From the NCBI GenBank assembly GCA_034933225.1, contig JAYFNV010000025.1, positions 10,457-74,456 on the forward strand: a stretch of DNA of 64,000 nucleotides, given 5' to 3'. The notes beneath the pieces were generated by a model, which did no database searches, was not told where the DNA came from, and was given only the letters and a program-made list of their open reading frames with translations. Each line of letters starts with the position of its first letter. Within the stretch, counting starts at the first letter, position 1. This DNA is from Anaerolineaceae bacterium (GTDB taxonomy: Bacteria; Chloroflexota; Anaerolineae; Anaerolineales; Anaerolineaceae). Below are positions 15,228 to 24,215 of this stretch, piece by piece. The position numbers were made by a program, and so were the translations under genes.

Positions 15228-16517
15228 TTAAGCCAGATCCAACTTCCTTGCTTCCGGGTGAAACACTCCCAGCCAGCCAATGAGGGAGCCCAGCATTGCG
15301 CTGGCCAAAAACATGGCCGACATGCCCACGCCCGGCCCCCAGCCCAGGAGCGGGCTCAACAAATTGGGGTGGGCGAAGAAAGGCTCAAAAACGTGGTCCG
15401 CCAGCAGCCCGCCCACCAAAAAACCGATGGGACTGGGCAGGGAAAGCAGCATTTCCCGCACCGAAAAGACCCGCCCCTGCACATCGGTGGGGACGCGCTC
15501 CTGCCAGATGGAGTAAAAGGGGCTGACCATGAAGGGAATGGTCACCTCGGCCAGAAAGCCGGAGAGCGACCAGCTCCACACGTTGCGGCTGAACGCCATC
15601 AGCGTATCGCAGATCAGAAACGACAAAGCCGTGGTCCAGGCAAAGAGGGCCACCTTCTTTTTGGGCGAATGCCAAAAGGAGAGGATGAGCCCACCCAAAA
15701 TGCCGCCCACGCCCATCACCGTTTGCACCGTGCCCAGAGCGATCTTATCGCCGCCGGTGTGGGTGAGGATCATAGGCGAGAGGATGGACATGTAGGTGAG
15801 GCCGGCAAAGAGGTTCACGCCCATAAAGACAATGGTGATGATGCGCAGCCCTGGCCTCGAGAAGATGTAGCCAAAACCAAAGCGGAACTCATGCCAGAAA
15901 TCTCCCTGCGCCTTTTGGCCGTCTACGCTGCGCTCCGGGATGGGCAGCTCAATGAACAGCACCGCCAGCAGCCCTGGCAGCAAGGTGAGCAGGTCGATCT
16001 TCATTACCAGGTCCAGCCCGCCAAAGGTAAGGATCACGCTGGAAAGGGCCGGCGCCAGGACCTGCATGAACGACTTTGCCAACCCGATGAGCGCGTTGGA
16101 GCGGGTGTACTCGGTCCTGGGCATAAGCAAACTGACCGAAGAAAAGAAAGCCGGCGATTGGAAAGCCTCAAATGCACCAGAAAGCCCTTCCGCCACATAA
16201 AGCTGCCAAAAAGACAACTTTCCGCTCAGGGTCAAGACCAACAACAAGAGGGTCACGATGCCAGAGGCAAAATCGGCCAGGAACATGATCCACTTGCGGT
16301 TCACGCGGTCCACCACCACCCCGGCAAAGGGGCTGCACACCATGAAGGCCAGCGCCGAAAAGAAGCCCAGCAGCACCATTTCGGTGACCGAGCCGTTGTT
16401 CTGATACGCCCACACCATGAGGGCAAAACGCGTCAACCCTGAGCCAAGCAGAGATAAAGACTGGCCTGCCCACAGGGAATAGAATGCTTTTTTGTACGTC
16501 AATAATTTCAACTTCAT
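15228..16517 (-). CDS. MFS transporter, DHA3 (macrolide-efflux/EntS-like) type
   Basis: 429 aa, 12 predicted helices. The N-terminus (FYSLWAGQSLSLLGSGLTRFALMVWAY, VVDRVNRK) is typical of the MFS_3/DHA3 family as I recall it. Confidence 0.8.
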   Translation of the reverse strand: MKLKLLTYKKAFYSLWAGQSLSLLGSGLTRFALMVWAYQNNGSVTEMVLLGFFSALAFMVCSPFAGVVVDRVNRKWIMFLADFASGIVTLLLLVLTLSGKLSFWQLYVAEGLSGAFEAFQSPAFFSSVSLLMPRTEYTRSNALIGLAKSFMQVLAPALSSVILTFGGLDLVMKIDLLTLLPGLLAVLFIELPIPERSVDGQKAQGDFWHEFRFGFGYIFSRPGLRIITIVFMGVNLFAGLTYMSILSPMILTHTGGDKIALGTVQTVMGVGGILGGLILSFWHSPKKKVALFAWTTALSFLICDTLMAFSRNVWSWSLSGFLAEVTIPFMVSPFYSIWQERVPTDVQGRVFSVREMLLSLPSPIGFLVGGLLADHVFEPFFAHPNLLSPLLGWGPGVGMSAMFLASAMLGSLIGWLGVFHPEARKLDLA

Positions 16518-16530
16518 AAAACCCTACTTA

Positions 16531-16558
16531 AATAAAAACCGCGGCTACGCGCCGCGGT
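16531..16558 (-). terminator. intrinsic terminator inside the 5' leader of the MFS gene (attenuator)
   Basis: Minus strand ACCGCGGC-GCGTA-GCCGCGGT followed by TTTTTATT. It ends 13 nt before the MFS ATG (16517). Confidence 0.6.
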
Positions 16559-16585
16559 GAAATTCCGACCAGATAACGGAGGTGA

Positions 16586-16672
16586 TCAGTTATCCGAGCA
16601 ACAGGCGCGCGAATAGAACCCCTCCGCCAATTCTCGCTCGCTGATCACCGTTTTTAGTACAGAAATGTCCAT
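16586..16672 (-). CDS. candidate 28-codon leader peptide MDISVLKTVISERELAEGFYSRACCSDN
   Basis: My own translation (too short for the track). ATG lies 7 nt downstream of a strong -10 (leaderless or near-leaderless). The stop codon is embedded in a GATAAC/GTTATC hairpin and followed by the terminator. No homology evidence. Confidence 0.3.
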   Translation of the reverse strand: MDISVLKTVISERELAEGFYSRACCSDN

Positions 16673-16679
16673 ATTTTTC

Positions 16680-16708
16680 AGTATACCCCCTTGATATTTT
16701 CTTGCCAA
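16680..16708 (-). promoter_or_regulatory. sigma70-like promoter for leader + MFS gene
   Basis: Minus strand TTGGCA (16708-16703), exactly 17 nt, TATACT (16685-16680). Confidence 0.5.
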
Positions 16709-16807
16709 GATTTTTCTTGTATAGTGAATCTACAGGTATTCTTTTAATCTTTTCAGGTTATAATTTAGTACAAATGGTCTAGTGTATTAGCCGCAATGGA
16801 GGTAAAT

Positions 16808-17221
16808 ATGAGCACCGGACAAGTATCACCTGCTCCACTACCCGCCTGGCCAAAAGAACTCTTTGCCATCACCCTGTTTGAAGAAGACCTGGAGGCTGCT
16901 AAAACATTCTACGCGGATGCCTTTGGCCTGCCTGTGGTCTTTGAAGATGCCAATTCCTGCGTGTTCAAGATCGGCGCCACCCTCATCAATCTGCTGCGCG
17001 TCAGCCAGGCAGATGAACTGGTGCAGCCTGCCAAAGTGGCCGGTGCTGATTGCGGCACCCGCCAGGTGATGACCCTCCCCGTGGAAGATGTTGACGCCCT
17101 TTGCGCCCAACTCAAAGCGCATGGCGTGATCCTTATCAACGGCCCTATGGATCGACCCTGGGGACCCCGTACAGCCAGTTTTGCCGATCCCGGTGGGCAT
17201 ATCTGGGAGATCGCTCATTAA
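16808..17221 (+). CDS. VOC family protein (glyoxalase/bleomycin-resistance fold)
   Basis: I prefer the start at 16808 (GGAGGT 6 nt upstream) over the track start at 16796. Pattern FYADAFGLPVVFED...ASFADPGGHIWEI is typical of VOC proteins. Confidence 0.8.
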   Translation: MSTGQVSPAPLPAWPKELFAITLFEEDLEAAKTFYADAFGLPVVFEDANSCVFKIGATLINLLRVSQADELVQPAKVAGADCGTRQVMTLPVEDVDALCAQLKAHGVILINGPMDRPWGPRTASFADPGGHIWEIAH

Positions 17222-17241
17222 TTGTTTTTATCAAGGAAACC

Positions 17242-18063
17242 ATGCAGATCATCATTAAAGAGATTCCCGTTTATTACGAAGTGCATGGCGGCGGCCGACC
17301 CTTGGTGAACATCCACGGCTGGAGTGTGGATCACCGCCTGATGAGCGGCTGCCTCGAACCTGTCTTTGCCGGACAAGAGGACCAGTATCAGCGCATCTAC
17401 TTTGACCTGCCCGGTATGGGCCAGACCCCTGCCGCCGATTGGATCAACGGCAGCGAGCGCATGCTGGAGTTTGTACTGGCCTTCATCGATGCCGTGCTGC
17501 CGGGTCAGCACTTTTTGTTGAGCGGGGAATCGTTTGGCGGTTACCTGGCCCGCGGCGTGATCAAAGAGCGCCGAGACCTGGTGGACGGTCTGCTGCTCAT
17601 TGCGCCGGTAGCATCACAGGAGACCAAAGACGCCCACCTGCCCGAGTTCAAAGTGTTGGAACATGATGAAGCCCTGCTCGCCAGCCTGAGCGAAGTGGAC
17701 CGCGGCTACCTGACGGGTATCAACGTGGTTCAGAACCAGCGCGTCTGGGACCGTTTTAAAGAAGAGATCCTGCCTGCGCTGCTGATGGCCAATTACGATT
17801 TTCTGGAGCACACCCTCAGCCAGCACGTCCCCTACCCCTATGATGTGGACGCGGTCAGCGACCCTTACCCCCAGCCGAGTCTCTTTGTGATGGGCCGGCA
17901 GGATAATTGTGTGGGTTACCACGACCACTGGGCTTTCCTTGAAAACTTCCCGCGTGCCAGTTTTGTGGTTTTAGATAAGGCCGGCCACAACCTCCAGATC
18001 GAGCAAGACGCGGTCTTCACCGCTCTGGTGCGGGACTGGCTGGATCGAGTGCAAAGTGAATAA
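17242..18063 (+). CDS. alpha/beta hydrolase
   Basis: HGW oxyanion region (LVNIHGWSVDH), nucleophile elbow GESFGG, C-terminal AGHNLQ. I prefer the start at 17242 (MQIIIKE...), just after the VOC stop. The track ORF start at 17101 overlaps the VOC gene. Confidence 0.8.
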   Translation: MQIIIKEIPVYYEVHGGGRPLVNIHGWSVDHRLMSGCLEPVFAGQEDQYQRIYFDLPGMGQTPAADWINGSERMLEFVLAFIDAVLPGQHFLLSGESFGGYLARGVIKERRDLVDGLLLIAPVASQETKDAHLPEFKVLEHDEALLASLSEVDRGYLTGINVVQNQRVWDRFKEEILPALLMANYDFLEHTLSQHVPYPYDVDAVSDPYPQPSLFVMGRQDNCVGYHDHWAFLENFPRASFVVLDKAGHNLQIEQDAVFTALVRDWLDRVQSE

Positions 18064-18313
18064 AAATAACAATTTAGATGATAGGGGCTCGCGCGACCTG
18101 CGCAAGTATGCCGCCTCCACCAACTTCAGGCTCATCGTAGGCGCGTTCGTCCTGTTGTTCGTGGTCGGGCTCGGCATCATCGGCCTCATATACGGCTTCA
18201 AAGCCGCCCTGTTTGGGTTCTTGTGTCTGCTTGGCGGCATGGTACCCATTGTACTCATTCTGATCTTCTGGTTTGGGCTTGACGCATTCCTCAAGAAGAT
18301 CAATAAAGACTAG
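18056..18313 (+). CDS. small membrane protein (hypothetical)
   Basis: GTG start overlaps the upstream stop. Two long hydrophobic helices. No family recognised. Confidence 0.4.
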   Translation: MNKNNNLDDRGSRDLRKYAASTNFRLIVGAFVLLFVVGLGIIGLIYGFKAALFGFLCLLGGMVPIVLILIFWFGLDAFLKKINKD

Positions 18314-18387
18314 CGCCCACCCAATCACCCGGGTTTGGACAAGTTTGGAATTGTGGAATTCTTAGCCAATCTACAAAGGAGCGACCA

Positions 18388-19365
18388 ATGAAACGAATTT
18401 TAGGACGATCTGGAATCGAAGTCTCCGCGCTGGGCATGGGCTGCTGGGCTATTGGGGGGCCTTTCTTTAGCGGCGAGACGCCTCAGGGCTGGGGCCAGGT
18501 GGACGATGCCGAATCTACCCGCGCCATCCACGCCGCTCTGGACCATGGCGTCACCTTTTTTGACACTGCCAACGTCTACGGCGCCGGTCACAGCGAACGT
18601 GTGCTGGGTGCAGCGCTGGGCAATAAACGCAGCCACGTGGTCATTGCCACCAAGTTCAACGCCGTCTTTGATGAAGCCACCCGCCAGGTCACCGGCTCCG
18701 ACGCCAGCCCAGCCGGCATCCGCAAAGCCTGCGAAGATTCGCTCAGCCGGCTTGGAACGGATTATATTGATCTCTATCAGTTCCACGATAACGGCTTCCC
18801 CGCCAAAGACGCCCAACCGGTACGTGACACCCTGGAAGAGCTGGTAAAAGCTGGCAAGATCCGCGCCTACGGCTGGAGCACCGACTTTGTGGAGAGCGCC
18901 GAATTCTTTGCCGGCGGCGAGAAATGCACCTCCATCCAGTTGCAATTGAACGTACTGGACGACAACGCCCCTATGCTCGCCCTGTGCGAAAAACACAACC
19001 TGGCCGCCATCAACCGCGGGCCGCTGGCCATGGGTCTGCTCACAGGCAAGTACAGCAACGGTACCACCGTCTCTATTGATGACGTGCGCGGCCAAAAAAG
19101 CCCCGATTGGATGAAATACTTCAAGAACGGCACCCCCAACCCAGAATGGCTTGCCATGCGCGACGCCATTGTAGACATCCTCACCAGCAACGGGCGCACC
19201 ATTGCCCAGGGCGCTTTGGCCTGGAACTGGGGCCGCAGCCCGCTCACCATTCCCATCCCCGGCTTCCGCACCGTCAAACAGGTAGAAGAGAACGCCGGCG
19301 CCCTGCAGTTCGGCCCCCTGCTGCCCGAGCAGATGGCTGAGGTGGAGAAGATATTGAAACGGTAA
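18388..19365 (+). CDS. aldo/keto reductase
   Basis: AAAGGAG SD. Classic AKR N-terminus (LGRSGIEVSALGMGCWAIGG, FFDTANVYG). Confidence 0.9.
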   Translation: MKRILGRSGIEVSALGMGCWAIGGPFFSGETPQGWGQVDDAESTRAIHAALDHGVTFFDTANVYGAGHSERVLGAALGNKRSHVVIATKFNAVFDEATRQVTGSDASPAGIRKACEDSLSRLGTDYIDLYQFHDNGFPAKDAQPVRDTLEELVKAGKIRAYGWSTDFVESAEFFAGGEKCTSIQLQLNVLDDNAPMLALCEKHNLAAINRGPLAMGLLTGKYSNGTTVSIDDVRGQKSPDWMKYFKNGTPNPEWLAMRDAIVDILTSNGRTIAQGALAWNWGRSPLTIPIPGFRTVKQVEENAGALQFGPLLPEQMAEVEKILKR

Positions 19366-19376
19366 GTCAGCGTTGA

Positions 19377-19411
19377 GTGATTGGTGATCAGTAATCAGTA
19401 ATCAGTGATCA
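19377..19411. repeat. heptanucleotide tandem repeat (GTRATYR)x5
   Basis: GTGATTG GTGATCA GTAATCA GTAATCA GTGATCA, between the AKR stop and the terminator hairpin. Confidence 0.8.
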
Positions 19412-19423
19412 GGTAAAAACGAG

Positions 19424-19448
19424 GCCGCCCTTCAAATTGAAGGGCGGC
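19424..19448. terminator. terminator-like perfect hairpin (CTTCAA-N-TTGAAG family)
   Basis: GCCGCCCTTCAA-A-TTGAAGGGCGGC. There is an A run upstream; the downstream sequence is only moderately T-rich. Confidence 0.5.
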
Positions 19449-19628
19449 TGATTGTTATGAGCCTTGGAAGAAGCTCTCGACCTATATCCATAACATAGAA
19501 TTTCTATTCAGTCTGGCACCTCAACAATGTACACCTGATGGATGTTGTATACCAGCAGTATTCCTCCAGGCAACGGCTATAATTGATGGTGTAATTATTG
19601 GGGTTTTTCTGCCAAATGAAAGGGGACT

Positions 19629-21512
19629 ATGAAGAAATCTCTACGAGCATCGCAAAAAATACTGTTTACCTTTTTGCTCCTCTTGTTTTTGGTTAGTTGT
19701 GGATCTCCCGCCTCAACCGAAGCAAATATAAATAAAACACCCACCTCAACTTTAGATAAAGACCATACAAAGATCCTGGCTACCCAAACACTTACTCAAC
19801 AAACAAACCTTTTTTACATTGAATATCCCAATCTCTGGACGAAGATTCCCGAGAACAAAATGACGTTATCTCTACAAAATATCGTCCGAGATTACGGATA
19901 TGCTCCAGATGGCAGTTATTGGGCTGTGGGAAATTTTGGCGTTTTGCACAAAGAGATCAACGGGAAAACCACCTGGTACTCAATGCTAAATGGCCTGCCA
20001 GTCAATCTCTTCGATGTTTTAGCAATTTCTCCTGAAGGGGAAATATGGGTGGGTGGTATTAACAACACAGTGTTGCGTTTTAACGGAAACGAATGGATAG
20101 ATGAGGGTTCGCACTTTCCAAATCCGACCGATCCAAGGACTGATTGGTTATGTTACTCAAAAACAATTAGAGGAATCGATTTTGACCAACAAGGCAACCC
20201 GTGGGTAATGAATTCTGGGATTGAATTGTACACAAAAGTGTACGATCAATGGATCAATTATGCATTTCCAAAAGAAATTTTACCGATAGCTGGTGGAGGA
20301 GCTTGCCCACTCGGGTTACGAGTTAATTCTTATAAGGACATCACCATCAAACGAGGTGGATGTTGCATGCAGGGCCCTCTAGCATACCATTATGATGGAA
20401 GTGCATGGTATCAAGATAATAACTATCAGGCAGTGGATGATTTGCTTGCCGAACGCCATAAGGGTGAAGCAGACCCCAACGAAAAGTATTTGTCATTACC
20501 AGTTGAAGATTTCCCTTTACCACAAGAACAGACTTTGCCTCAAGAGATATATGACGATACACAGTTCGGAATGGACGAACAGGGAGGAATTTGGTTTACA
20601 GATGGTTATTACATGTTCACCAATCAAAACGGCAAATTTGAAAATCTGAGCGATGTAAAGGGTTTCACGGCCTTCCTCCCCGATTTATCCAATAGTCAAA
20701 TTATCAACCTTAGCGGGAATGCAATTTATTATTCCTATGGGCAGCATTTTAGGATGTTGGATGACATCCTTGACGATCAAGGATTCAATGTGTATGGAAA
20801 CTATTACAAAAGTATCGATGCAAATAAGCAGTTGTGGTTATTTGCGCCACAATACGGGTTAATTAAAGTAAAGGCGGGGATTGCGGAGGTTTTACAAACG
20901 AGTCCTCCAGCCGAATTGACCGATTCTCTCACAGGTGGCACGTTGATGCTGCACGATGGCCGAATTGCCGTGGGCGCAGTAGGAGCGCTTTGGCTTTTCG
21001 ATGCCCAGGAGAATACCTGGCAAAAATTACAGCTTCAAGACCAAACCCAATTATTGACGTATCTACAGCAGGATACGGCTGGGACTATCTACGCAGCAAC
21101 AGACACTGGGGTGATAATTATCACAGGAAGTACATTCAGTTTTTATGAGTTTGAATCTTCTACTACGCTTCCAAAAATAATTACTGGTCCTTACGGAGAT
21201 AGCGATTGTTCGTTTCATAAGTATTACTTTATTGCAGATCATTGTCACGCCTTTCCTTATGCCTATTATTCTGATTTTCAGTATTCAGCTAAGTATCTGA
21301 AGGTCACTCCTGATGGGACAGTGTTTTACATTAATAACCGGATCCTTTCCACACTATCAGAAGGCAAATGGAAAAGTTACTTTTTGGATAACCTTGATAT
21401 TATTGATGCAACCGTGGATAATGATGGGGCTGTTTGGGCTTTTACAGGCACAAATGGTCTTATCCGTTTTACACCAGATATTTTTGATTATTACCAGGGT
21501 TACGAAGAATAA
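19629..21512 (+). CDS. lipoprotein with beta-propeller-type repeats (two-component-regulator-propeller-like)
   Basis: SD AAAGGGG. Lipobox LLFLVSC|GS. Repeated W/Y-rich blades (e.g. EIWVGGINNTVLRFNGNEW, GIWFTDGYYMF, AVWAFTGTNGLIRF). Noticeably AT-richer than its neighbours. Confidence 0.7.
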   Translation: MKKSLRASQKILFTFLLLLFLVSCGSPASTEANINKTPTSTLDKDHTKILATQTLTQQTNLFYIEYPNLWTKIPENKMTLSLQNIVRDYGYAPDGSYWAVGNFGVLHKEINGKTTWYSMLNGLPVNLFDVLAISPEGEIWVGGINNTVLRFNGNEWIDEGSHFPNPTDPRTDWLCYSKTIRGIDFDQQGNPWVMNSGIELYTKVYDQWINYAFPKEILPIAGGGACPLGLRVNSYKDITIKRGGCCMQGPLAYHYDGSAWYQDNNYQAVDDLLAERHKGEADPNEKYLSLPVEDFPLPQEQTLPQEIYDDTQFGMDEQGGIWFTDGYYMFTNQNGKFENLSDVKGFTAFLPDLSNSQIINLSGNAIYYSYGQHFRMLDDILDDQGFNVYGNYYKSIDANKQLWLFAPQYGLIKVKAGIAEVLQTSPPAELTDSLTGGTLMLHDGRIAVGAVGALWLFDAQENTWQKLQLQDQTQLLTYLQQDTAGTIYAATDTGVIIITGSTFSFYEFESSTTLPKIITGPYGDSDCSFHKYYFIADHCHAFPYAYYSDFQYSAKYLKVTPDGTVFYINNRILSTLSEGKWKSYFLDNLDIIDATVDNDGAVWAFTGTNGLIRFTPDIFDYYQGYEE

Positions 21513-21624
21513 CAGGGATTAATTACAGGAAGATTTGGCGGTCGAACAATCAAAAAATTCACGAGAAAAATTGAGAATAGTAAAGGAACCACTTTACCAG
21601 TAATTGTTTGGGGATGTATACCAC

Positions 21625-21657
21625 CCGCCCTTCAAATTGAAGGGCGGCCATTCTTTT
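21625..21657 (+). terminator. intrinsic terminator (same hairpin core as 19425-19447)
   Basis: CCGCCCTTCAA-A-TTGAAGGGCGG followed by ccaTTCTTTT. Confidence 0.6.
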
Positions 21658-21734
21658 ATATCAAATTTCCAGTTTTGACCTTCCTCCGACTATAATTAGG
21701 GCTGTTTCATATTAATAGATTGGAGCATCTTTTC

Positions 21735-22946
21735 ATGCAGGTAAACGAAAAAAAAGGGCAAGCCCTCACTGTACGTTATTCGCTCATTCAGGCAATTCTC
21801 ATCATGGGGTATTGCACCTATTTTTCATTCTCTGCGGTGTACATGCTCTCGCGCGGATTTTCAAACACGCACGTAGGCATTACGCTCACCATATCCAGCC
21901 TGGCTGGCATCCTATTTGTGCCGGCGCTGGCAAACTTTGCCGACCGCACCAAAAAACTGTCTCTCAAACAAATCACCATGATCGTCTCCGGCATCACCGC
22001 ACTGATCGCCATGGCGCTGCTGCTGGTTCCCTCCAACATCTTCATCGTCGGCGGGTTGATCGTGCTGCTACAGGTTTTCTTTGGCTCGCAGACCTCGCTC
22101 ATCACCACTCTGGCCATTGAGCACATCAACAGCGGTACACCGGTCAACTTTAGTCTGGCACGTGGTGTCGGCTCATTGGCCTTTGCCCTGCTTTCCTTCT
22201 TTTTAGGCTTTCTGGTGAACCGCTTTGGTACGGTGGTGATCTTGCTGGGTGACATTTTGTTGATGGGCTTGACCATCTTGTTGGTAGGGCTTTTCCCGCG
22301 TCCGGAGCGGCCAGTGACCCTGCATACCGAAGAACCTCAGGCCAGCGGTTTGGCCGAGTTTGCCAAAAAGAACCCCGTCTTCATGGTCATGCTTCTGGCA
22401 TTGACCCTCATTTTCATCTCGCACAACCTCATCAACACCTATCTCATTCGCATCATCCAGTTCGTGGGCGGCGATAATTCCAACCTGGGCATCGCGGCTG
22501 CCATCGCAGCCCTGGTGGAGGTACCGGCCATGGCGCTTTTCCCGCTGCTATACCGCCGTCATCCCCAGGCAGGTACCTTCCTCAAGATCGCGGGAGTGTT
22601 CTTCGTCATCAAGTCGGTGGCCACCCTGATCGCTGGCAGCGTGGGAGGCATCTATGCCGCCCAGACCCTGGAAGCGCTCAGTTACGCCATCTTTACCCCT
22701 GCCTCTGTGTTTTATGTCAACCAGGTCATCCCGGATGCCGATAAAGTGAAAGGCCAATCGCTGATGATGCTCACCACCAGCATGAGCGGCCTCATCAGCA
22801 ACCTGGCCGGTGGATTCCTGCTCGATTCCAGCGGCGGTGTTCCGCTTATGCTTATCTGCGGGACAGTCGTTTCAGCGCTGGGGCTGCTGATGTTGTTCAT
22901 CATCGACCGACCCAAAGCTGTACAGGTACAGACCGTCAGCGAGTAA
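21735..22946 (+). CDS. MFS transporter
   Basis: 12-helix hydrophobic profile. I prefer the ATG at 21735 (GGAG 9 nt upstream); the track uses TTG at 21720. Confidence 0.75.
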   Translation: MQVNEKKGQALTVRYSLIQAILIMGYCTYFSFSAVYMLSRGFSNTHVGITLTISSLAGILFVPALANFADRTKKLSLKQITMIVSGITALIAMALLLVPSNIFIVGGLIVLLQVFFGSQTSLITTLAIEHINSGTPVNFSLARGVGSLAFALLSFFLGFLVNRFGTVVILLGDILLMGLTILLVGLFPRPERPVTLHTEEPQASGLAEFAKKNPVFMVMLLALTLIFISHNLINTYLIRIIQFVGGDNSNLGIAAAIAALVEVPAMALFPLLYRRHPQAGTFLKIAGVFFVIKSVATLIAGSVGGIYAAQTLEALSYAIFTPASVFYVNQVIPDADKVKGQSLMMLTTSMSGLISNLAGGFLLDSSGGVPLMLICGTVVSALGLLMLFIIDRPKAVQVQTVSE

Positions 22947-22949
22947 CCC

Positions 22950-24038
22950 ATGCCTGAATTTTCTACCCGCCAGCTCAACTTTATGCCCGGCCTGGACCTC
23001 AACCGCCGCTATTCTGCTGAGGTGCTGCAGCCGCTGATCCGTAAATTCGACCCAGCCCTGGTCTACTCAGCGGCACTCATTGGCTACGGCTCGGATGTGC
23101 TGGGTTACGACACCCCCACCAGCATGGATCACAACTGGGGACCGCGCGGTCAGATCTTTTTGCTTCCCGCCGATGCCGAACGCATCCCCGCCTTGGATGA
23201 ATACCTGCGCCAGAACCTGCCGCCGCAATTCCTGGGGTTCCCCACCCATTTTACAGACAAACGCATCGACCACACCCAGAGCATGACCCCGCACCCTGGC
23301 GGCGAGGTCAACCATCTAATCGAGATCTATGTGTTGCAAGATTATTTGCGCGGCCAACTTGGCAAGGACCCGCAAGAGTTCACCTCCCTGGATTGGCTGC
23401 GCCTGCCCGAACAGGAATTGTTGGAGCTGACCAGCGGAGCGGTCTTCCATGATGCGCTTGGGCTTAACCAGATACGCGAGCAATTTGCCTATTACCCCGC
23501 TGAGATACGCCTGCTCAAGTTGGCTGCCTATTGGAATCACATCGCCAACGAAGAAGCCTTTGTGGGCAGATGCCGCGAACGCGCCGATGCATTCGGTGTC
23601 AAACTCATCTCCACCCGTCTACTCACCAGCCTGCTCAAGATCTGTTTTGTTCTCAAAGGCCGTTATGTGCCCTACTCCAAGTGGTTCACGCGCGCCTTTT
23701 CCGATCTGGGGCTGGCCGGCATCGAGGCGGCTGCGCTGGAACTCCTGCAGGAGAACGACCTCAGCCAGATAGAATCCAAACTGGCGGCGCTTTATCTGCG
23801 CGTACTGGAGCTGCAAAATTCAACCCCCGGCATACCCAGTGTCGAGCTGGAGATCATCTCTTATTACAACCGACCTTTCCGCGTCATCATGGCCGAGCGC
23901 ATCATTGAGCCGTTGCGTGCCGCCATCAGCGAGCCGTCATTACAAAAGTTGGACCTCAACGAGGTCGGCCTGGATAACCGCGTGGACGGCATTGACCTGA
24001 ACAACAACAGCACTCTGGGCAAGATCTTCAGGAAATAG
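22950..24038 (+). CDS. DUF4037-like protein (nucleotidyltransferase-associated family)
   Basis: Starts 3 nt after the MFS stop. The N-terminal pattern YSAALIGYGSDVLGYDTPTSMDHNWGPR matches my recollection of DUF4037. Confidence 0.6.
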   Translation: MPEFSTRQLNFMPGLDLNRRYSAEVLQPLIRKFDPALVYSAALIGYGSDVLGYDTPTSMDHNWGPRGQIFLLPADAERIPALDEYLRQNLPPQFLGFPTHFTDKRIDHTQSMTPHPGGEVNHLIEIYVLQDYLRGQLGKDPQEFTSLDWLRLPEQELLELTSGAVFHDALGLNQIREQFAYYPAEIRLLKLAAYWNHIANEEAFVGRCRERADAFGVKLISTRLLTSLLKICFVLKGRYVPYSKWFTRAFSDLGLAGIEAAALELLQENDLSQIESKLAALYLRVLELQNSTPGIPSVELEIISYYNRPFRVIMAERIIEPLRAAISEPSLQKLDLNEVGLDNRVDGIDLNNNSTLGKIFRK

Positions 24039-24081
24039 ACACGGCAAAGAAATTCCAATACAAAATCCAAATTATGCCGAT

Positions 24082-24111
24082 GTAGGGTTAAACGGCGCGC
24101 CGTGACCCTAC
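24082..24111. repeat. GTAGGG..CCCTAC palindromic hairpin repeat
   Basis: GTAGGGT-taa-ACGGCGCGCCGT-g-ACCCTAC. A decayed copy lies at 24262-24291. Confidence 0.7.
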
Positions 24112-24186
24112 CAAAATTTAACAGCTAACCCAAATAAGTTCCTCTCCACCCATTCAAGCCCCCATTAGAATAATCAATATCAACTC

Positions 24187-24215
24187 GGTAGGGCACGATA
24201 TATCGTGCCCCTACC
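24187..24215. repeat. GGCACGATATATCGTGCC-type palindromic hairpin repeat
   Basis: GGTAGGGCACGATA|TATCGTGCCCCTACC; the same core recurs at 27599-27626 and 27814-27841. Confidence 0.8.

Noticed and set aside
15258-16442. Long antisense/shadow ORFs opposite well-supported genes. This one is representative; others include 11710..12420, 18400..19095, 26520..27287, 30350..31219, 35047..35949, 37280..38200, 38315..39181, 41755..42528, 44090..44848, 45976..46839, 47012..47662 and 60710..61570.
   Set aside because: Each lies entirely inside a gene that has clear family signatures on the other strand. Their products are Arg/Gly/His/Gln-rich low-complexity sequences without motifs or SDs, as expected for stop-poor antisense frames in GC-rich DNA.
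16586-16672. The 28-aa peptide as a RiPP/bacteriocin precursor exported by the adjacent MFS pump
   Set aside because: No modifying enzyme, protease or immunity gene is nearby. The peptide lacks a recognisable leader/core organisation. Its stop codon and downstream terminator geometry fit a regulatory leader better.
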